A stretch of 60,680 nucleotides of DNA, filler included, from Barthelona sp. PAP020 (taxonomy: Eukaryota): the NCBI GenBank assembly GCA_040182905.1. It is 8 parts of 8 records of this genome, joined end to end, with 100 filler letters (N's around TTAATTAATTAA, not from the genome) between each part and the next. Parts side by side here need not be neighbours in the genome. Positions count along the whole stretch, not along the records: positions 7,721 to 15,259 come from JARQWU010000489.1; positions 15,360 to 22,909 come from JARQWU010000490.1; 6 more parts are not named here. One strand, written 5' to 3'. Below the pieces are notes generated by a model. That model was given only the letters and a program-made list of their open reading frames with translations. It was not told the origin of the DNA and made no database searches. Numbering within the stretch: position 1 is the stretch's first letter; the number at the start of each line of letters is the position of its first letter. Made by a program: the position numbers and the translations under genes. Below are positions 9,183 to 19,490 of the stretch, one piece after another.

Positions 9183-11714
9183 TTAATAATCAGGATACCA
9201 CGGAGGTCTTAAAAGTTGTTTCGGTTTTTTGTTAGGATATAGAAATTGATTTGACATTGAAGATACCATTGCAGTGTTTGATTTTGCCTGATTTTTAGAG
9301 GATTCTATTGCGGATCTTTTGTTGTCAACCATCTTTTTATGAGCATTTAAAATCTCTCGAAAGGATGTGTTTGAACTGTTTCTGTCATTTTGAGAAGAAT
9401 TGAAGTGTACATTTTGAGAGGAAAATTTATGACCTGATGGGGGTCGTAGTTTTTGAATGTTGGAATGCAAACTCAATTTTTCAATTGAACTTCTTGAAGA
9501 ATAAGGTTCAATACGATGTGTAGGAAGGGAATCATAAATAGAATTCACCAAATTGCGGTTGTTTTCGTAAATAGTGAAATTTTCCTGAGTTGCTAAATGT
9601 TTGGTTTTTTGCAAATCAAGACTCAGCGATTTCAACAATTTTTTTTCCCTATTTTTATACGAGTTTGTGGAATTGTCTTTTTGTGTTTGATGAGATTGCA
9701 CAGTTTCAGTATTCACATTATGTGAACTGGTGCTGCATCTAGAAGAAGAACGTGAACGAATTTGTGATTTGGGAAGTTGATGATCATTAATTTGTGGTTC
9801 AAAACCATCTAAACTTTGATCATTATCAACAATAAAGGGGGGAAATTCAATATTTAATGTTGCAGTGGCTTTTGGCATGAATTTCTTTGAGACTCTTGAA
9901 TTTTGTATGTCAATCACCTTTTCCAATGCCTCTCTTTTGGATTCTTCAATTCGTTTGGATACCATTGCAGAAATTGAATCCGAATACAATCGATTCACAG
10001 CACTATCGATTTTTTGCTGTATTTTAGCTTTCTCTTCAATGGATAAAATAGCTTTAGGAGCAACCATGTTTGTAATAGGATCAACTCTGGCACTTTTTGA
10101 ATCTTTTGAACTTTTCAATGTATTGAAGTCATCTTTAATAAATTTATGCTTTTGTTTTCGCTTGTATGATTCTGTTGTTTTTGATCTTGGTCTAGAAGTA
10201 ATAAAGAACTCGTTATAGAATAAAGAATTTGTCTTTAAGGGATATAGCAATCTCCAACCACCTTTCTTTTGATATTCCTCCCTTTGTCTAGTAATACCGG
10301 GCAGTGTTGCTGAAAACTGAGGATGTTTCTCAATGAACGTTTGTGGATTAAAATAATAATTAGTTAAAAAGTCTTCGTCTCGTTCCCGTTCATTGTCACT
10401 CAATTTCTTCTTCTTAGGAGTTTTCTTTTTACTTGGCTTTTCTCCTAAAACTCGACTTTGAAAGCGTCTTCTTTGCTCTCTTATTATCTTTCGCTTCTGT
10501 TTCACACTCAAACACAATAGATTCATGCAATCATATATCAAATTAAATTTAATTGTATGATCTAAGGGTGTATCACAACGAAATGAAGGAGAATGATTAA
10601 CTTCAATCAACATCGGCTTCAAATCCTCCTTTAATAGAATATCGAAACCCAAAATCTCAAAACAACCAAAAGAATCAGTTCTATTACCTATTACGGCATA
10701 AAACTCTTGTTTTAAATGAGGTTGTATTGAAATGATAGTCTTGACTATCAAATCATGCATCATACGTTTAATCTGTTCAACATCATGGTTTAATGTCTTT
10801 AAATGTTTCCAAATGGCGGTTAAACTCCATTTTGATCCTTCATCATCCCTCTGATCGTTAGAATTGAAAATAAAATTTTCATTATGCTTGTTGATAGCAT
10901 AATTGGTTAAATGCATGAATAAATTGGCAGCATTTTCATTGGTTACTTTAGAAAATGGTGAGGTGGCAAACCTGGCCAAACCTTCATCATAAATGTATAT
11001 TTTAAGCGGATCAACACTTAAAACTAACACGTAGATACGTAGATCAAATTTAAAGCCATTGATTAAAAAAGGATCATTGATATATTCTTGTACTACGCAT
11101 GTAGTTTCTTCTAAAAGCGAAGCATCTAATTGTGAAGGATCAGATATCAAATAGATTCCTTTTCCCTGTGCAGAAGCTGAAGGTTTTACAATGTAAAACA
11201 CATTCTTTTTGGATGATCGATGAGAATGATGTTGCTGAAAAGCAAACAATTTTTTAGGCACGTGCCAAGTCTTTGGTACAAACGTATAATCCTTTGGAAA
11301 TAGGTGAGACAATTTCATTAGGTTTCGAGCAAGATTATCCTTTCTAGCAATCTCACTCATACCAATAAAATGATTAGCACGTTGATACGGTTCTAATCTA
11401 ACAACTTGATCAATAGAAAAACAACTATCTTGCCACAAAACATCCCAATGATTTTCATCACTACTAAAAACCCATTTATGAGCTTTCGCAGCCTCTCTAA
11501 CCGCACTGTATTTTGATCCAGCACAATAAAATACAATTTTATTTTTTGTTTGTTGTTTTTTTTCAAAATTTCCAATATTAACTTCGAAATCAATAAATTC
11601 TACACTAGAAGAATCAGATTCTATCTCAATATCATCATTTTTGACTTTGATACTTCTCTTTTCAACCTTTCGTGTAATTTCTTTTCCCTTGGTTCGTTTT
11701 GTTTTTACGGTCAT
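9183..11714 (-). CDS. Tubulin polyglutamylase, TTLL6/7/13-like
   Basis: TTL domain motifs NHFIGMSEIARKDNL, IVKPSASAQGKGI, KFDLRIYVLV, HLTNYAINK, FEILGFD, IEVNHSPS; long low-complexity tail. Confidence 0.93.
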   Translation of the reverse strand: MTVKTKRTKGKEITRKVEKRSIKVKNDDIEIESDSSSVEFIDFEVNIGNFEKKQQTKNKIVFYCAGSKYSAVREAAKAHKWVFSSDENHWDVLWQDSCFSIDQVVRLEPYQRANHFIGMSEIARKDNLARNLMKLSHLFPKDYTFVPKTWHVPKKLFAFQQHHSHRSSKKNVFYIVKPSASAQGKGIYLISDPSQLDASLLEETTCVVQEYINDPFLINGFKFDLRIYVLVLSVDPLKIYIYDEGLARFATSPFSKVTNENAANLFMHLTNYAINKHNENFIFNSNDQRDDEGSKWSLTAIWKHLKTLNHDVEQIKRMMHDLIVKTIISIQPHLKQEFYAVIGNRTDSFGCFEILGFDILLKEDLKPMLIEVNHSPSFRCDTPLDHTIKFNLIYDCMNLLCLSVKQKRKIIREQRRRFQSRVLGEKPSKKKTPKKKKLSDNERERDEDFLTNYYFNPQTFIEKHPQFSATLPGITRQREEYQKKGGWRLLYPLKTNSLFYNEFFITSRPRSKTTESYKRKQKHKFIKDDFNTLKSSKDSKSARVDPITNMVAPKAILSIEEKAKIQQKIDSAVNRLYSDSISAMVSKRIEESKREALEKVIDIQNSRVSKKFMPKATATLNIEFPPFIVDNDQSLDGFEPQINDHQLPKSQIRSRSSSRCSTSSHNVNTETVQSHQTQKDNSTNSYKNREKKLLKSLSLDLQKTKHLATQENFTIYENNRNLVNSIYDSLPTHRIEPYSSRSSIEKLSLHSNIQKLRPPSGHKFSSQNVHFNSSQNDRNSSNTSFREILNAHKKMVDNKRSAIESSKNQAKSNTAMVSSMSNQFLYPNKKPKQLLRPPWYPDY

Positions 11715-11800
11715 ATTACCTTGTTATTCTTCATCATTATTCAACAAAAAATTAATTAAAAAAATTCTGAGCCATTTATTTGTGAAACTTTTTTTTTCCG

Positions 11801-12241
11801 TCACTCTTGTTTCTTCATTAAATATTTTTGAAATTTTGTTCGTACTCTTTTTGCTCTTATCTTGGAAATGACACAATCTCTTAAAGGAGTAGATTTATCA
11901 TCATCATCGTTAATATCTATTGGTTCCATTGAATAAATAAGGTCAAGTTTATCTTCTGAAAATATATTTTCATAAAATGGCAAAGTAATAATTTTCGAAG
12001 CACTTTCAGAACTATTTGAAAAATATACATCACCTGATTTCTTTAAACCTTTCAGTCCTTGAATATTTGTGTGTTCTTCAGGAATAAATATTGTCTTTGT
12101 GTTTAATACAGTAATTTTTGATTGAACATCTAATTGAGGTTCATATTTCAATAGTGTCGTTGTTTGGGGTTTGTTTTTCAATTTTTGTTTCGAATTTCCA
12201 TCAAATTTCCTCAATCTATCCAAAGCAGTGAAAATAAACAT
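11801..12241 (-). CDS. Hypothetical protein (~146 aa)
   Basis: Open frame from ATG at 12241 filling the space between two genes; no recognisable motif. Confidence 0.55.
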   Translation of the reverse strand: MFIFTALDRLRKFDGNSKQKLKNKPQTTTLLKYEPQLDVQSKITVLNTKTIFIPEEHTNIQGLKGLKKSGDVYFSNSSESASKIITLPFYENIFSEDKLDLIYSMEPIDINDDDDKSTPLRDCVISKIRAKRVRTKFQKYLMKKQE

Positions 12242-12301
12242 CAAAAAAATATTTACATCAAGTTAAAAGAAAAAGCAGGCAATTTTTTTTTCAAAAAAAA
12301 A

Positions 12302-13204
12302 TCAATTGTCAGGAATATATTTCGCATTTAAACTCATAATTTTATCAAATAATAACTGAGGACTAAACCACCTTGCAAAAGCTCGGATAAAAATATAACA
12401 AGAAATGTTGGAAAATGCTGTTAAATCTGATCTTTTGGATATTTCCAATAATTCTTTATTAAAATCATATTCGGTATGAACTAAGGTATTATCAGAAAGA
12501 TTTGCCCAAATATAACCTAAACAAGCAGCAAAGGGACAGCATTGATGAATACCGTCAAAACAATGCATAATTATTGGTGTAATATCTTGTTCAATTACGT
12601 TTAATATTTCTTGACAGTCAACAGAAACGAAAGATGCATCGTTTCTCTTTAACAGTAGTAATATTAGGGCACCTGCTACTTCCAAAGTTATATCAAATTC
12701 ACACCCCGTTCTATTTTGTTTCACTTGTATGACATTGAAAGGATGCCCATTTTCTAATGGGACCAATTTTGTAATTCGGACTAAATCACTCTGTAAAAGA
12801 ATAATAGGTCGGTACTCAAAATTATTGAAGACAAATATTTCGGAAGGATGATAATAAATGGCAATATCATCATTTCTGCTGTATGTGGGATTTAGGGAAA
12901 TGATAATATCACTTTGACACTCAACTAACAATTCATAAAAGGGACTAATCTCTGATATTCGTGGTGCTTTGAGAAATATATATTGATTTGGAATGTACCC
13001 ATCCATACAATGAATATTCAATTGATTTTTTGTTTTGAATTCAATTCCTGATTGAGAATTTTCAATGCTATTGGGTAGACTAGAAAAGCAAAGATCATTA
13101 ATGGTTCTTTGAAAACTGTGATATTGTTCAGACCAAATTCTTGCCCATTGACTTGAGATATTCAGTCTGTTCAACACACAATCAGGTATGTGAGTTAATG
13201 ACAT
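12302..13204 (-). CDS. Divergent protein-tyrosine-phosphatase-fold protein, probably inactive
   Basis: YIFLKAP (cf. YIAxQGP), FYELLVECQSDIII (cf. FWxMVWE), PIIMHCFDGIHQ (cf. PxVVHCSAGxGR). Confidence 0.6.
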   Translation of the reverse strand: MSLTHIPDCVLNRLNISSQWARIWSEQYHSFQRTINDLCFSSLPNSIENSQSGIEFKTKNQLNIHCMDGYIPNQYIFLKAPRISEISPFYELLVECQSDIIISLNPTYSRNDDIAIYYHPSEIFVFNNFEYRPIILLQSDLVRITKLVPLENGHPFNVIQVKQNRTGCEFDITLEVAGALILLLLKRNDASFVSVDCQEILNVIEQDITPIIMHCFDGIHQCCPFAACLGYIWANLSDNTLVHTEYDFNKELLEISKRSDLTAFSNISCYIFIRAFARWFSPQLLFDKIMSLNAKYIPDN

Positions 13205-14083
13205 CTTAATATTTGATTTTTTTTGATAAAAATCAATCTGAATAAAATAACGACCATTGTAGAAAAGAGGATTTTCAAATCAAATAAAATCTTTATGCTT
13301 TCATCAGATTATTTTGTTAGACTGTTGATTTCATCCACTTTCCTAAAAAGTAATATCAAAAATATTTCGTCAAAAAAAAAAAAAAGTTTTTTTCTTAAAT
13401 AAAGTCTTTTTACACTTTTTCTATTTGTCTGTATTTTGAAAACAATAACTAAAAAAAAGAATTGAAACTTTCTGGTAAAAAAAATAAAAAGAAGACAAAA
13501 AAGTATGAAGATAATTTTACTTCCAAACCTGTTGATTGAAGTAAAATGCAAAATTTAAATGTTTGCATATCGCCTTCAAATAGTTATCCTGTGATTTGAG
13601 ATAAAAATCATGATGATATTGCAAATTGATGATTCTCATTTCCTTTTTTTCTCATGACATAAATTGATGAGATGTCTTTAAAGTTCTTTCAAAATTACAG
13701 GAGTCAGTTTCCTGGGATAATTCCCCTCAAAGAATAATAATTATTTAATAGGTATTTATTACCAAAATCAATCCTGGATTGACTTTTCAAAATTGGGCCA
13801 ATACAAATATATATTTTGCTTGAAAAGGAAATCTTGACAATTGTTATATTCCGTATTTTTTTCAAAAATTTGCAGGCATTTGAAAAATGCAAATTAAAAA
13901 TAAACGAAAGCCATTTATTTTGTGAAACAAAAAATTCAAATTTCGGACAAGTGAAAGGGAAAAATAATGTGATTCTTTAAACAGTTGACACTTGAAATTC
14001 CGCTTTTGATTAACTAAAAATGTCTTCAAAATGTTGTTCAACAAATTATATAGATGACTTCCTTTCAAATTTTTTTTTTGAAC

Positions 14084-14482
14084 TTATTCAAGAAGGTCAT
14101 ATTCTTCGTCAGTAACAGGGGCATTCCATGTAACACCACCATTTTCAGCTGGAACATTGAGAGCAATATGTGAAAACCAACTGTCTTTAGTTGCACCATG
14201 CCAATGATTGACTTCAGGAGGAATATATACAACATCACCTGGTTTAAGATGTTGGGCAGGCTTTCCTTCTTCTTGGTACCATCCTTCACCAGCTGTACAA
14301 TAAAGAATTTGACCACCATTGTGATGAACATGCCAATTGTTACGACATCTAGGTTCAAAAGTAATATTGAAAGAAATAACACCTTCTTTTGTTAAAAGTT
14401 CGATGTAACTTTCACCTGAAAAGTATTGAGCATAAGGAATATTTTTTTGTCCCAAAGGAAATATTTGCTTAAAATCAGCCAT
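14084..14482 (-). CDS. Cupin-domain protein, bacterial-like
   Basis: TFEPRCRNNWHVH...GGQILYCTAGEGWYQEEG...LKPGDVVYIPPEVNHWHGA. First ATG is at 14482; the track start is a TTG. Confidence 0.9.
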   Translation of the reverse strand: MADFKQIFPLGQKNIPYAQYFSGESYIELLTKEGVISFNITFEPRCRNNWHVHHNGGQILYCTAGEGWYQEEGKPAQHLKPGDVVYIPPEVNHWHGATKDSWFSHIALNVPAENGGVTWNAPVTDEEYDLLE

Positions 14483-15048
14483 CTTATCAAAAGTATTAAA
14501 AAAGATATAAGAAATTCTTGCACAAATTTTCAACAAGACTAAAAAAAGGGGGTATTTTTAACATTGCTAGAAATTTCCAAATTTTCGGTCATTCTATCAA
14601 AAATGTGTTGAATATCAAGAATATAAATTATTATTAAATTTTTTTTGTTGGTGTTACAAGTTAAAGGATGTGCTCAGAAAACTGATGTTTTTCTTCTTTT
14701 TTAAACCAATGATTTTTTCTATTTAATTGATAAATATTGTATTTTTGTATTATATTTAGTTGAATTCTTTCAAAAAGGGCTGTTTTAAATTGTTTTGAAG
14801 CAATGATTTTGATCTCATTTCCTAATTATTTTCGACAAATAATCTTTTTTATTGTTATTATTGTTTACACATCAATGAAGTGCACAGTTTATACACAGTT
14901 TATATACTATATCAATTATTTTCCTTCATTTATTATTCTTTTCTTTAACAATTTTTTTCTTATTAAAAGTCCATTTCTAATTTAAATTCTTCAATAAAAA
15001 ATCTTATAAAACACATTTTTACATAAAAATAACAAATATGTGTACAAT

Positions 15049-15259
15049 CTATGCCTTTGCAACCAAAATTCTTCCTTTATCGGATTGTTCAATATTAATT
15101 ATTCCCTCACTTTTCATTTTTAGAAGATTTAAAAAAGAATTGGCAGCAGTGTTTTTGTCTACTTTTTGTTTGTGCAAATATTGATAAAATTCAACAGGTT
15201 TGTCATCAATAAGTTGCAACAAAAATCCCATAACAATACTTGTTTTGTTATTTGTTTCT
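15049..15259 (-). CDS. Rad21/Rec8-like kleisin, C-terminal winged-helix fragment
   Basis: Open to the contig edge. KNTAANSFLNLLKMKSEGIINIEQSDKGRILV resembles the kleisin C-terminal consensus AAxxFxxLLxLKxxxxIxVxQ. Confidence 0.6.
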
Positions 15260-15359
15260 NNNNNNNNNNNNNNNNNNNNNNNNNNNNNNNNNNNNNNNNN
15301 NNNTTAATTAATTAANNNNNNNNNNNNNNNNNNNNNNNNNNNNNNNNNNNNNNNNNNNN
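15260..15359. other. Artificial contig linker
   Basis: N-run with central TTAATTAATTAA. Confidence 0.97.
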
Positions 15360-15962
15360 AGAACACTCTTAAAAAAAAAAGAAATACTTTAGGTGTGGAT
15401 GGGGCGATTATCTAAATAAAAGTTTAATAATCTTTTTCCTTCTTACCAATAAATTTTGATTGTTCTTCTATGTATTTCCTTGATGAAACCTTGTAATTCT
15501 TTGCTAACCTACTATGTACACTTGTATCCTTGTTATCATGAATCATTTGATTCTTTGCTGTCATTTCAATTTCAATTTTGATACAACAACTATTAGAAAT
15601 TACAAGAATAAACCTTAAACACATTCAAATTGTTTTCTTTGTTAAAAACACTTTCATTCTTCAATTTTGTTAGGATTTAGCATCTTGAAAAACGAAAATT
15701 GGATGCTTTGAACCGAAAAACGTTTGTTTTAATAAAATATTTAGTTAAACAATCTTAAGGTTTAAGAAAAACAGGTTGAAAAGAATTCAATTTTTTAAAA
15801 CTGGTCAATTTCAAATTCTTTTCATTCAATATGAACCATTTTGATCACAGTGCTAAACTCAATCTAATTGAATGTTAGTTAAAGAATAAAGGTTGAATAA
15901 AGATGAATAAATAAAGAGCGAATTTTTTTTTTCATTCAATAAGTGTTAATTTTATTGTAACA

Positions 15963-16385
15963 ATGGCAACTCTAACTCGAAAAAAACAATCGAATTTGAC
16001 AACTCCAATAACCAAATCATTTGGTGATTCTAATGAAAATTTGAATGAATTATCCATTGATGATGATGAAAATTCTTATGATTCTATTGATGAATCTTAT
16101 AATGCCGTGATGGATTTTTTAGCTGAATCTGAAAAAAGAAAAGTAGATAGTGTATTGTTGGTTGAAGAATCTTTTGACCACTTATTGGAAAAAATAGAAA
16201 AATTAAAACCATATATTGAAAATAGTGATCATCAAAATGTTGATGAAAAGGATATTAAGCCGAAAAAAGGTAGTTCTTTGTTACTTAAATCTATTTATAT
16301 TTTTTGTGTAATATTTACAATTTTATGTGTTATTCTTCAATTCATGAGACTTTTTTCGTCAGATAGAATAATACCTCGTACCTGA
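15963..16385 (+). CDS. Small tail-anchored membrane protein
   Basis: Acidic N-terminus, one C-terminal hydrophobic helix (IYIFCVIFTILCVILQF) and a short tail ending RIIPRT. Confidence 0.7.
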   Translation: MATLTRKKQSNLTTPITKSFGDSNENLNELSIDDDENSYDSIDESYNAVMDFLAESEKRKVDSVLLVEESFDHLLEKIEKLKPYIENSDHQNVDEKDIKPKKGSSLLLKSIYIFCVIFTILCVILQFMRLFSSDRIIPRT

Positions 16386-16430
16386 AGCATTTTTATTTTA
16401 TAAATTATTGTATTTTTTATCTTCTCTTTA

Positions 16431-16831
16431 TTTTTCTTCTTGTACGAACCTTTTCCAGAACTTTCCCAAATTAGAGACTGGGAAATCTCAGTTGACTAAT
16501 AAATAATAAACCTTTTTCTTTATTCTTTTCGGGGGGTCCAGCGTTCCTAAAAGGAACCTCTCTTTTTTGAGACCTACTCTTTCATAGGCTTTCGTAGGAG
16601 AGCTACGCCCTATGCGGGATGTGAAATACTGCATTACTAATTGCTCAAAAGAGCTTAAAGCTCCGATATTTTTAAAAATTTATCCTAATTGTGCAAGTTT
16701 TCATGCATTCATCGTGGCAGGTCAAAAATTTGGGGGTAGGTTAAGGAAAAGTTCCGTACCTCGAGGGAAAAAGGAAGAATTGGAAAATTTCGATTCGCCA
16801 AAAATAATAGGCTTGTGAACAACCCTCATTT
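16431..16831 (+). repeat. Dispersed ~400-nt structured element, copy 1 (ncRNA or non-autonomous mobile element)
   Basis: Colinear, roughly 80% identical by eye to 44002-44397 on another contig. Nested stems with G-U pairs on the + strand. Confidence 0.9.
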
Positions 16832-16948
16832 TTTTTCGTCATATTTTAAATTTCTCAATTCAAAGAAAAAAAAAAAAAAAAAATTTGTTTTCCAACTGTT
16901 TATTGATTCCCCATCAACAATCAAATAATAAGATTTGATGTTTGTGCT

Positions 16949-19195
16949 TTAATTTTCAAGACCTTCTGATATAATGAAATTCTCAACATCAATAAAATCC
17001 TCAAAATCGTTCTTTTCATTTTCCATGTTTATATCGTCATCTATTTGTTCAAAGTTTTTATCATCAATGTAAATTCTTGATTGTGTGTCCATCAATTGAA
17101 CTTCATTGTCAAATTCAATTGTGTCCAATTCACGATCATTCCACAATATTTCTGCAATTTCATCACCATCTCGAAGAAAACTGTTCTCTACATCACTGTC
17201 ATCTTCTTCTTCTATTTGTCCTTCGTCAAAATTATCTTCATCACTATCAGACAAGGTCAAAGTACCATTAAAATTCATTCCATCATGTGACTGCAAATTA
17301 TTCATTTCTTTAAAATAATTAAGGTCAATAACTGTCCAAAAATTGAAAATATTGTCCAAAAGATCAGAAAATGTTAGTTCTTTGCTCAAACGCAACCATC
17401 TTCTTCTTAAATTTAAGACTAAATCAAGTACAATCAGTTTCTTTTCCGGATTTTTTAAATCCTTTCTTAAACCTCTCCCTAATTGCTGTACAAAGACGAT
17501 TTCCGAATCGGTAATTCTACCAAAAACAATAAGATCAACGCATGGCGCATCCCAACCCTCTGAAATCATGTCCACAGACACTAATATATTTATTTGCTTG
17601 GAAACAAACATTTTTAATATATTACTTACATTTGAAACCTTGTGATGCACAGCAGCAATAGTTTTAGTGAAGAAAAGCTTTCTTGCTGCCCTAATAAACT
17701 CATCACATTGCTTAATTGAAGGCAAAAAAACCAGAATAGACTCAGCATCATATTCACTGTTTAAAAAGGTGTGTAAAAGTTCAGCAATTCTTTTTCCACC
17801 AATCATTTTATACTTTTCAGTTTTCTCATTAAAAGGTTCATCACTGTTCTCATCATCACACATATCTTTGATATTTTGTTCAAAGTGACGTGATATTGCA
17901 TTGAAAACCAATTTCCTATCCTCAAAACTCTTACTTTTCTTCAATTTTTGAATTATTTCATTGTAAGGTAATGTGCTTTTGGTATATCTATATTCAAAGT
18001 ATAAACAATCAGGAAAAGCACCAGCATTCTTTGCAACTTGCCAAGGTAGATCAACATAAATAGTGTGTAGAAATAGTTGCTTTAATTTTCTTCCTTTTGG
18101 ATCAGATCGATGGGTTAACGTTGCAGTCATTCCAACACAATATTTTAAAGGTAACGATTTTATCTTGGCAAACACCCGATTAAACGTCTCTGCTAACATA
18201 TGATGAACTTCATCAATGATCACATGAGTAATTGAACGCAAAAAATTTGGAATCTTTTCCAATTTTCCAAAAGATTGATGCAGGCAAAAAACAAAATTAC
18301 TTTCACTAACTTGTTTTTTATTTGTGTCATTGGTGATGGCAACAAAGTTGATTTTCTGAAATTGATGGCGTCCAGGTCGATTCGAGCAGAAATGTTGCTT
18401 GAACTTTTTCATTGCATTATCTCGTATCGATATAGAATGCACCAAGAATAATACCCTAAAAGGCAATGGTTTTCCATCACCATTACAAGGATAAATTTGT
18501 TCAGATGATGTCTCAGCAACATTTTCCACTTCCTCATCTTCAAATCTTTCCTGTATCTTTAAATATTGTTCATCAAGGTCCAAGATGCTTATGATCGTCT
18601 TTCCCAACGCCGTAGCAATAACCAACACACCATATTCATGTTTGACTTGCTTTCGAACATTGTCCATGTGGGACAGTATCTTCTGTTGAAAGAGAGACGC
18701 TGTAAAATATTTTGTAGAATTGTCATAAACAATCGAGAATCCTCGAACCTCATTTCCCCCCAATGGTTGAACTGTGTTAATATCAGACATTTGTGCACTC
18801 TGTAATCGTTTTTCTGAACGTTTTGTTAAAATTTTAATTGTACGATTTAAATTAAATAATTGAAATCTGTACTCTTTTTCAGCTTCACTCGCATCAAACC
18901 CCATATTTATCAACATTCCAACAGCTTCTTTAACAGACAGATAATTGATACTCTCAGAGTCTTTCTCAATAATCACAGAATCAGGTTTTTTTATAAGTTC
19001 CTTTTCAAAATCTTCAGGGTCAAATAATGAATTATTCCTTGGTTGAATATTATTAAAATGATCAATGCTAATAACATCTAATAACATTGAATCATGGAAT
19101 TGTATAAATGAATCAATTTCTTTATCATCAATCTCATCATTAATTATATTCTCACAAAAATCAATAAAATTAACTCTTGTCCAATCTTTGTTCAC
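16949..19195 (-). CDS. Superfamily-2 helicase/ATPase (ResIII/SSL2-like) with a UBA-like N-terminal segment and acidic tail
   Basis: IATALGKT, IIDEVHH, GMTAT, SVDMISEGWDAP, QQLGRGLR. Start uncertain: the track uses GTG at 19195, the first ATG is at 19087. Confidence 0.85.
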   Translation of the reverse strand: MNKDWTRVNFIDFCENIINDEIDDKEIDSFIQFHDSMLLDVISIDHFNNIQPRNNSLFDPEDFEKELIKKPDSVIIEKDSESINYLSVKEAVGMLINMGFDASEAEKEYRFQLFNLNRTIKILTKRSEKRLQSAQMSDINTVQPLGGNEVRGFSIVYDNSTKYFTASLFQQKILSHMDNVRKQVKHEYGVLVIATALGKTIISILDLDEQYLKIQERFEDEEVENVAETSSEQIYPCNGDGKPLPFRVLFLVHSISIRDNAMKKFKQHFCSNRPGRHQFQKINFVAITNDTNKKQVSESNFVFCLHQSFGKLEKIPNFLRSITHVIIDEVHHMLAETFNRVFAKIKSLPLKYCVGMTATLTHRSDPKGRKLKQLFLHTIYVDLPWQVAKNAGAFPDCLYFEYRYTKSTLPYNEIIQKLKKSKSFEDRKLVFNAISRHFEQNIKDMCDDENSDEPFNEKTEKYKMIGGKRIAELLHTFLNSEYDAESILVFLPSIKQCDEFIRAARKLFFTKTIAAVHHKVSNVSNILKMFVSKQINILVSVDMISEGWDAPCVDLIVFGRITDSEIVFVQQLGRGLRKDLKNPEKKLIVLDLVLNLRRRWLRLSKELTFSDLLDNIFNFWTVIDLNYFKEMNNLQSHDGMNFNGTLTLSDSDEDNFDEGQIEEEDDSDVENSFLRDGDEIAEILWNDRELDTIEFDNEVQLMDTQSRIYIDDKNFEQIDDDINMENEKNDFEDFIDVENFIISEGLEN

Positions 19196-19490
19196 AATAA
19201 ATCACAGTAATATTTAAAAAAAAAATTAAAAAGATCAAAAACAATGAATATTTCTCACATTTAGTTGATAAAAACATTGTTCCTCTTGTTAAAAGTAACA
19301 AAAATTTGGATAAGAAAATGTTTTATCATATTGTATAATGTTGAAAGAATAAAATTTTAAATAGAAACAAATAGTCAAGTGTTTCACATCTGATAATACT
19401 GTAATAAATTCATTGATTATATATTTCAGGGAAGAAATAAAAATTAATAATAGTTGTTGTAAAAATATTTGTATTTTTTTTGTGAATAAC

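Noticed and set aside
15424..15624. 66-aa minus-strand ORF
   Set aside because: Short, with no motif and no independent support.
16612..16818. 68-aa ORF inside the repeated element (and the 81-aa ORF at 44255-44500)
   Set aside because: In the other copy the same frame loses its ATG and has two TGA stops, and substitutions are not synonymous-biased, so it is non-coding.
16386..16831. Repeated element as a SECIS for TGA-ending genes
   Set aside because: No AUGA/GA kink-turn hairpin of SECIS geometry was seen, and neither upstream protein has a selenoprotein-like redox motif at its TGA.
19186..19258. Possible GTGAGA...AAAG intron that would give the helicase an in-frame ATG at 19277
   Set aside because: The frame works, but it lacks the GTATGY donor and CTAAY branch point seen in the three supported introns; left unresolved.
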